DNA of 64,000 nucleotides, from NCBI GenBank assembly GCA_048939625.1, contig JBHLPH010000003.1, positions 1-64,000 on the forward strand. The letters are read 5' to 3'. This stretch comes from Promethearchaeota archaeon (GTDB lineage: Archaea > Asgardarchaeota > Hermodarchaeia > Hermodarchaeales > Hermodarchaeaceae). The number at the start of each line of letters is the position of its first letter. Position 1 is the first letter of the stretch. The position numbers and the translations under genes are program-made. Shown piece by piece: positions 58,350 to 64,000 of this stretch. Under the pieces are notes generated by a model. That model had not been told where the DNA came from. It made no database searches and was given only the letters and a program-made list of their open reading frames with translations.

Positions 58350-59567
58350 TTAGGTTTCACTGCGGTTTTGTTTCGATCGGAGTTGAGGAATTTTAGCTAA
58401 AAGGTTTTCAAGAACATAATTCTCAATCTGAGCCCGATAGTCCTCACCAGCTAAGTCTTGGATTTCACGAAGTTCCTTTTTAACAACTGATTTCTTTGAT
58501 CGGGTCCAAGAAAACCGACTATCCAAGTCAAAGATAATGGTTGAACCGATTTTATCGAGGGGAGTCCCTTGTTCGATTAGATTATCTGTTACGGTAGTTA
58601 TTTTTTCGCGGAGAAATGGAGCGCGTTCATCAGGAGGTTTCATGGATGCAAGCCATACATCACGCTCTAGGTAATCCAAGGGAGTCTGTAAGGGTGGCCC
58701 CATTACGGGCCGGGCTGGAAAAGGAGCAGATACGAAGCCAAACTTTGGTTTTTCGTCAATAGATTCAGGCGGTGGCGGTGACACCTCTATGAGAATTTCA
58801 CCAGCTGTATTTGGAGACACAGTTTCCAGTGGACCTTGAACCTCTTTTGTTAACTTCTGAATCTCTCCAAGGATTTTTACCATCAATCGTGAAGCATCTT
58901 CTTCATCATCTTCTTGACTAAGAAATTGCTCATATCGTCGTAATTTAATGAGTAAGGAGGCTCTCGCTCCGTTAATTGCATCATCAATATCAGAATCCGT
59001 AGACCCGATGAGGCCCCCAGCAACCGCACGAACTGCAAGGGCGATGTTTGCCCCTTCATGCTCATTTAACCATCGTTCAATAAGTGGTTGAAAATAGCAC
59101 TCGTTGATTTTTCTTCGCTGTGCTAAAACGGCGATTACTTGTTCGTTGGCAGGCTCAATTTCATCAGCAATTGTACGGTCAAGATTCACTAGGTTTCTAA
59201 GATCTGCTAACAATACTTTGCCAAGTTGACCATATAGATATTCTATCCACTTTCCTTCGGTTAGAGCCACTTCTCTTTGATAAGTATCAATCTCAGGGAC
59301 CGGACTACCCTGTTTTGCTCGTCGATCAAACTCTTGCATTAGAATGTCACAGGAGGGCTTAGGATCAGTTATTGCGCCATCTAGCATAACTCGATAAGCC
59401 ACTCGGGCTACCTCTAGGTGAACATTGCATTCATCAGCTATGGCAATTGCTGCATCATCCGGGACACGAGACACCTTCTCATCAAGCGTTCCGTAGGTTG
59501 ATTCAAATTCTTCTGCTATCCGTCGACTTAAACGCCGTATTTCATCTTCATCAACAAAGTGACTCAT
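58350..59567 (-). CDS. Hypothetical alpha-helical protein
   Basis: 405-aa ORF with GAAGG upstream. Confidence 0.75.
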   Translation of the reverse strand: MSHFVDEDEIRRLSRRIAEEFESTYGTLDEKVSRVPDDAAIAIADECNVHLEVARVAYRVMLDGAITDPKPSCDILMQEFDRRAKQGSPVPEIDTYQREVALTEGKWIEYLYGQLGKVLLADLRNLVNLDRTIADEIEPANEQVIAVLAQRRKINECYFQPLIERWLNEHEGANIALAVRAVAGGLIGSTDSDIDDAINGARASLLIKLRRYEQFLSQEDDEEDASRLMVKILGEIQKLTKEVQGPLETVSPNTAGEILIEVSPPPPESIDEKPKFGFVSAPFPARPVMGPPLQTPLDYLERDVWLASMKPPDERAPFLREKITTVTDNLIEQGTPLDKIGSTIIFDLDSRFSWTRSKKSVVKKELREIQDLAGEDYRAQIENYVLENLLAKIPQLRSKQNRSET

Positions 59568-59766
59568 GCCTTCTCACTCCTCGGTATCACTAAGGCAGTT
59601 TTTCCGCTCGGTAGCCACGAGGATATAACAAAGTAGTTTTAGAATGGCTTAAGTGTTATGGCAAAGGTTGAGAAGACGATTATTCGCCTGACGAATATTT
59701 GATAGTGTAAATAGGAAATTCTTAAAGCAGGAATTTATCCAAGCCGGCGATGCTAAGGTGTAGTTA

Positions 59767-60984
59767 ATGTCGCGAAATATCGCTGTGACAAAAGCATTTA
59801 CGCTTCCTATAGAGCAACAATCACTAGAAATTGTTGAAAGAAAAGGAAAAGGTCACCCTGACACGATTCTCGATGCAGTTGTTGAGAATGTTGGAGTGAA
59901 ACTCTGTAATTATTATATTGATAATTTTGGTGGAATTCTCCATCATAACGTTGACAAAGGTTCGATAGCAGGCGGACGCGCCCATGTAGAATTTGGTGGA
60001 GGAGAACTCCTTGAACCAATTTACATTTGTGTTGTTGGTCGAGCTACCACCGAGATATTCAAAGACCAAAAATTAGCACGAATTCCTCTTGGTACCCTTA
60101 CTCTTGAATCGATGAAAAAAACATTGGAAAGCACTCTACGATTCCTAGATCCAACACAACAGGTTTTAATGGATTATAAGATTAAACCAGGTTCAGTTGA
60201 TCTTACACATGTCTTTGACCACACCGTCGACGATATTCCTCGTGCTAATGATACTAGCTTTGGTGTGGCTTTTGCCCCCTTTTCAGAAACAGAGAAAATT
60301 GTCTATCAGACGGAACAACTTCTCAACTCAGAAAAATTCAAGAAAAAACATCCTGAAGTAGGCGAAGATATCAAAGTCATGGGACTACGCACGGATAATG
60401 ACATCAAACTAACAGTTGCTGCAGCTATGATTGCACAACTAGTTCCTGATGCCGACCATTATAATGGTGTACTTGATGACGTCAGAGATGCGGTGCTTGA
60501 TCAGGCAAAGAAAATTACTGATCGAGACGTGAGTATTACCATTAACTCAGCGGATGACCCGAAACGGGGTGTCTATTACCTCACATTAACGGGAACATCT
60601 GCGGAAATGGGAGATGATGCCGGTGTTGGTCGAGGAAATCGGGCTAACGGATTGATTACTCCTTGCCGACCAATGAGCCTTGAGGCTACAGCAGGAAAGA
60701 ACCCAAAGAACCATGTCGGCAAAATCTATAATGTGTTGGCTCAACGCATTGCTGATCATGTAATCGCTGAGGAACCGAAAGTCTTGGAAATTGCTGTGAA
60801 AATCTTGACTCGAATCGGATATCCAATCGATCAACCATTAATTGCTTATACAGAAATCATTCCTGACAGAAATGCTTCATGGAGCGCCGTGGAAAAGAGC
60901 GTTGCTTCCATTGTTGATGCAGAGCTTGAAGATGTGTGTTCCGTTCAACAGCTTATCCTTGATGGTAAAGCACAGCTATTCTAG
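59767..60984 (+). CDS. mat: S-adenosylmethionine synthetase (archaeal type)
   Basis: [41 protein letters not shown]. Confidence 0.96.
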   Translation: MSRNIAVTKAFTLPIEQQSLEIVERKGKGHPDTILDAVVENVGVKLCNYYIDNFGGILHHNVDKGSIAGGRAHVEFGGGELLEPIYICVVGRATTEIFKDQKLARIPLGTLTLESMKKTLESTLRFLDPTQQVLMDYKIKPGSVDLTHVFDHTVDDIPRANDTSFGVAFAPFSETEKIVYQTEQLLNSEKFKKKHPEVGEDIKVMGLRTDNDIKLTVAAAMIAQLVPDADHYNGVLDDVRDAVLDQAKKITDRDVSITINSADDPKRGVYYLTLTGTSAEMGDDAGVGRGNRANGLITPCRPMSLEATAGKNPKNHVGKIYNVLAQRIADHVIAEEPKVLEIAVKILTRIGYPIDQPLIAYTEIIPDRNASWSAVEKSVASIVDAELEDVCSVQQLILDGKAQLF

Positions 60985-61012
60985 CAAAAATACCAATATT
61001 CTGTAAAAGTTC

Positions 61013-61228
61013 TTACAGTGCAAGGCTAATCAAAATTAGTTGTATTCCGAATCCTACAGATAAGGCAATTATGAGAATAGCAACAATCATTTTTGCCCAT
61101 GGAGGCTGGCGAGCTTTTTCAACGATGTATATTAGCCACACGGCAAGAAGAATACCAAAAGTAATGAGAAGACCGCCATACACAGGATACCAAGGAAGGA
61201 ATAACGACCATTGCATGGTGAATAACAC
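61013..61228 (-). CDS. Small two-TM membrane protein
   Basis: Two hydrophobic helices. Confidence 0.6.
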   Translation of the reverse strand: MLFTMQWSLFLPWYPVYGGLLITFGILLAVWLIYIVEKARQPPWAKMIVAILIIALSVGFGIQLILISLAL

Positions 61229-61311
61229 CTGTAAATTTCAGGGGAGAGTGAACTGCTTCACCTTTTTAATTATCTTTTGGTCTAGGGGATTTCGCTTATT
61301 GAAGCAAGGGC

Positions 61312-62064
61312 TTATACACTCATTGGATGCTTCTTATTGAATTCCTTCCCATCAACTAGAAGTGTACGATGGAGAATACCACTCCGTTTCGTTTTCAACC
61401 TCACATCTTTCGAACTGATTCGTTTCATATCAGGAGGGAATATGAGGTTTTGTATATCGTATGAGTTTGCGATTTGAAGTGTAGAGAAACCCGAAGGAAG
61501 TTCATCAAGGAAATCAGGAACAAGTTGATTAAGGACTTCGTTTAGAAACTCATTTCCATCGGGGACAGTGGTTGTGCAAAACTTCAATCTTTCTTTTAGC
61601 GGTGGCTCCTTCTGAGCCGAAGGGATTTTTGTTTTAGGTTTGTGGGTCCAACCAATCGTTGTGTTCAGTGTACAGAAAACATATGCTAGTTCTGGAATAT
61701 CGCCGTAGAGGGGTGCTACTTGTTTTGGTGAATATTTACCTGTCAATTTCGATTGAAACAATAGTGTTCGAGGTTTCTTCTTAGAGGGATCGGCTTTGAA
61801 CCCCAGCTCAGCTAAGATTTCATCGAGCGGTTCATACCCGAGAATTAATCCTGCCAGGGTGACTGTTTCTACCGGTGCTATTGAGACCATGACTGAGGCA
61901 GGCAAATCCTGATACATGTGGGTTGAACGCATTTTGACCTTGCCTGCTTTTGTGACTGTAATTTCAGCAGCAGGTCCTGGGTATACACCTCGTCCATATC
62001 GCAAAAAGTTCCTGTGCACGATATCGTCAATGGTACCGTTCAAGATTTTTGTAATGAAATGCAT
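61312..62064 (-). CDS. Hypothetical protein
   Basis: 250-aa ORF with ATG and upstream GGTGTGAG. Confidence 0.75.
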   Translation of the reverse strand: MHFITKILNGTIDDIVHRNFLRYGRGVYPGPAAEITVTKAGKVKMRSTHMYQDLPASVMVSIAPVETVTLAGLILGYEPLDEILAELGFKADPSKKKPRTLLFQSKLTGKYSPKQVAPLYGDIPELAYVFCTLNTTIGWTHKPKTKIPSAQKEPPLKERLKFCTTTVPDGNEFLNEVLNQLVPDFLDELPSGFSTLQIANSYDIQNLIFPPDMKRISSKDVRLKTKRSGILHRTLLVDGKEFNKKHPMSV

Positions 62065-62194
62065 CTACTCACACCAACGAAAATTATCTGAATCTTTTGC
62101 AAAATAAGTATTAGGTAGATTGCTATCTTACATGCATACCTTTTTACTTTGATGTATACTTCAAATCATCAATGAGTTCTGTGAGGTACTTGGG

Positions 62195-62767
62195 TTGACG
62201 AGAGACAAGAGTTGGAAACGGGAAATTATTGAAGATGCCCTTGTGATCGGTCTTGTACTCGTTATTGTTTGGGGAACCGGTGTAGGACTCCAGTTGTATC
62301 TCCAAACGCCTTCACCACTACTTGCTGTTGAGTCTGAGTCTATGGAGCCTACCTTATATCGAGGAGATCTAGTAATCGTTCGAGCTGTCGATCCAGTCAC
62401 CCTGCAAGTTGGAGATATTGTTATTTATGATGGATCATCGCTTCCCGGTTATACTCGGAATGTTCCTATCGTCCATCGTATCATTGCGATTGATAACAGC
62501 ACGGGTGTCTTGTTCTTTTTTACACGAGGAGATAACAATCCGGCACCCGACGGTGGAAACAGGACAGCCGACGACATTATTGCAAAAGTCATTGGGAGTA
62601 TTCGTTATCTGGGTTTTGTAACTTTACTACTAATCTCACCCTACGGAATTACTTCTATCATTGTTTTAGTAGTGGTTTTCTTCTTAACGTCTTTACTATG
62701 TGAAAACTTGGCGCCACAAAAGAGGGATGAAGAACTCGAAACAGGCAAGGCGATAGAGCACGAATAG
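62195..62767 (+). CDS. sec11: Signal peptidase I (archaeal/Sec11 type)
   Basis: SESMEPTLYRGD, PIVHRI, TRGDNN..PD. Confidence 0.93.
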   Translation: MTRDKSWKREIIEDALVIGLVLVIVWGTGVGLQLYLQTPSPLLAVESESMEPTLYRGDLVIVRAVDPVTLQVGDIVIYDGSSLPGYTRNVPIVHRIIAIDNSTGVLFFFTRGDNNPAPDGGNRTADDIIAKVIGSIRYLGFVTLLLISPYGITSIIVLVVVFFLTSLLCENLAPQKRDEELETGKAIEHE

Positions 62768-62877
62768 GCAGATACTTTTTAACCAGCATTTGGGAAGTTT
62801 ATGGTGTTCACATAATTGCTTCCATGGCGGTCCCTGGGAGAAGTGACACAGAACGAGAAATTTAGTAGGTGCTTTAA

Positions 62878-64000
62878 ATGACTACTGCAGTGACTTTTGA
62901 ATCAATATCGCCAGCCGATTTCTTCTATCGAAACCGATCGATTGCTGGTTTTGATAATAGTATGCGGGCACTATATACAGCAGTTCGTGAACTGGTAGAA
63001 AATTCCCTTGACGCATGTGAAGATGGAGGATTCCTTCCAACCATCGATGTGAAGCTCAAAGAGGCATCACACAATTGGTTTAAACTCCGGGTTCAGGACA
63101 ACGGAATTGGAGTTCCTCGAGATCATATCCTTCCAGCGTTTGGTCAAATTCTCTACGGTTCGAAGTATGAGCATAAACAGGCCCGAGGTCGGTTCGGCCT
63201 TGGAGGCAAAATGGCATTTCTTTTTGGGCAGATTACTACGAGTGAACCGTTGCAGGTAATTTCAGCTCCACTTGATGGTGAACATGTTTTCGATGTGATG
63301 TTACGGCAAGATATTGAAGAAAATAAACCAGAACTAATGAAGTGGGAACGCCGTAAAAATCGGGATAACGATCATGGTTGTATACTTGAATTCACTCTTG
63401 AAGGTAATTGGCGGAGTGCTAAACGTTATATTATTGATTATATTCAGCAAACTGCCCTCATTACACCATACGCTAGTTTAACATTTACGGAACCAGATGG
63501 AACCGTTCACAAGTATAAGCGATCAGTGAAGACCTTACCTCCACCTCCTCAACCAGTGAATCCGCATCCGAAAGGAATGGATATTGAACAGCTTTCTCGT
63601 GTGATTGAAGATACGAAGACCACAGATATGGTGACCTTCCTTCGGACTCACTTTCATCGTGTTGGACCAAAGACTGCGAAAGCATTCCTTAAAACAATCA
63701 ATATGCCCTATTCACAAGATCCCCGGGGACTGAAGCCAAATGACTTGGTAAAAATTGCTCGTGGTTTTGAAGAATATGATAAATGGTTGCCCCCAGATGC
63801 CCGGGTGTTATCACCGCTAGGTGTAAAACTGCTAGAGGCGGGTATCCATTCCACTCTCAATCCGGAGTTTGTCCAAGTAACCCAACGACCACCGAATAGT
63901 TATGGAGGCCACCCATTCATTGTTGAATGTGGACTCGCTTATGGTGGCGATGTCCCCATGAAAGAATCAATAATCATCTACCGGTTCGCTAATCGAATTC
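62878..64000 (+). CDS. top6B: DNA topoisomerase VI subunit B (truncated by window end; not in ORF track)
   Basis: MTTAVTFESISPADFFYRNR..AGF, RELVENSLDACE, QDNGIG, YGSKY...RGRFGLG, and RFANRI at the window end. Confidence 0.95.
   Translation, partial: MTTAVTFESISPADFFYRNRSIAGFDNSMRALYTAVRELVENSLDACEDGGFLPTIDVKLKEASHNWFKLRVQDNGIGVPRDHILPAFGQILYGSKYEHKQARGRFGLGGKMAFLFGQITTSEPLQVISAPLDGEHVFDVMLRQDIEENKPELMKWERRKNRDNDHGCILEFTLEGNWRSAKRYIIDYIQQTALITPYASLTFTEPDGTVHKYKRSVKTLPPPPQPVNPHPKGMDIEQLSRVIEDTKTTDMVTFLRTHFHRVGPKTAKAFLKTINMPYSQDPRGLKPNDLVKIARGFEEYDKWLPPDARVLSPLGVKLLEAGIHSTLNPEFVQVTQRPPNSYGGHPFIVECGLAYGGDVPMKESIIIYRFANRI

Noticed and set aside
1-64000. CRISPR array, IS element, integrase, rRNA
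   Set aside because: No regularly spaced repeats, transposase or integrase motifs, or rRNA-like sequence found by eye.
1-64000. Selenocysteine/pyrrolysine readthrough or programmed frameshifts
   Set aside because: Recognisable genes appear full length, with no in-frame stop at a conserved position noticed.

Overview
Gene-dense chromosomal segment of an archaeon, very likely Asgard. That call rests on a longin-like/small-GTPase fusion, several roadblock proteins, an ESCRT-II Vps22/36-like protein, a CdvA-like coiled coil, a JAMM/MPN protease, a histone and L13e. Housekeeping content includes gltX, endA, psmB, prs, mat, a partial top6B, sec11, hypB, tetraether synthase, inositol-phosphate synthase, two GGR-family flavoproteins, a LipS1/LipS2 lipoate-assembly cluster, an archaeal CoA operon, and tRNA-Gln(CUG) with two introns. 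The most notable unexplained items are: (1) a candidate ~140-nt standalone ncRNA with a closing stem and an anti-Shine-Dalgarno-like tract at 21.8-21.9 kb; (2) a head-to-head pair of one intact and one degenerate R15P-isomerase/eIF2B-family gene; (3) a tail-anchored JAMM protease; (4) a mirror-image C/A versus G/T skew flip centred on a chimeric free-standing LAGLIDADG gene; (5) a second pantoate-kinase paralogue coupled to an ECF S-component. All calls come from motif recognition by eye; no searches were run.
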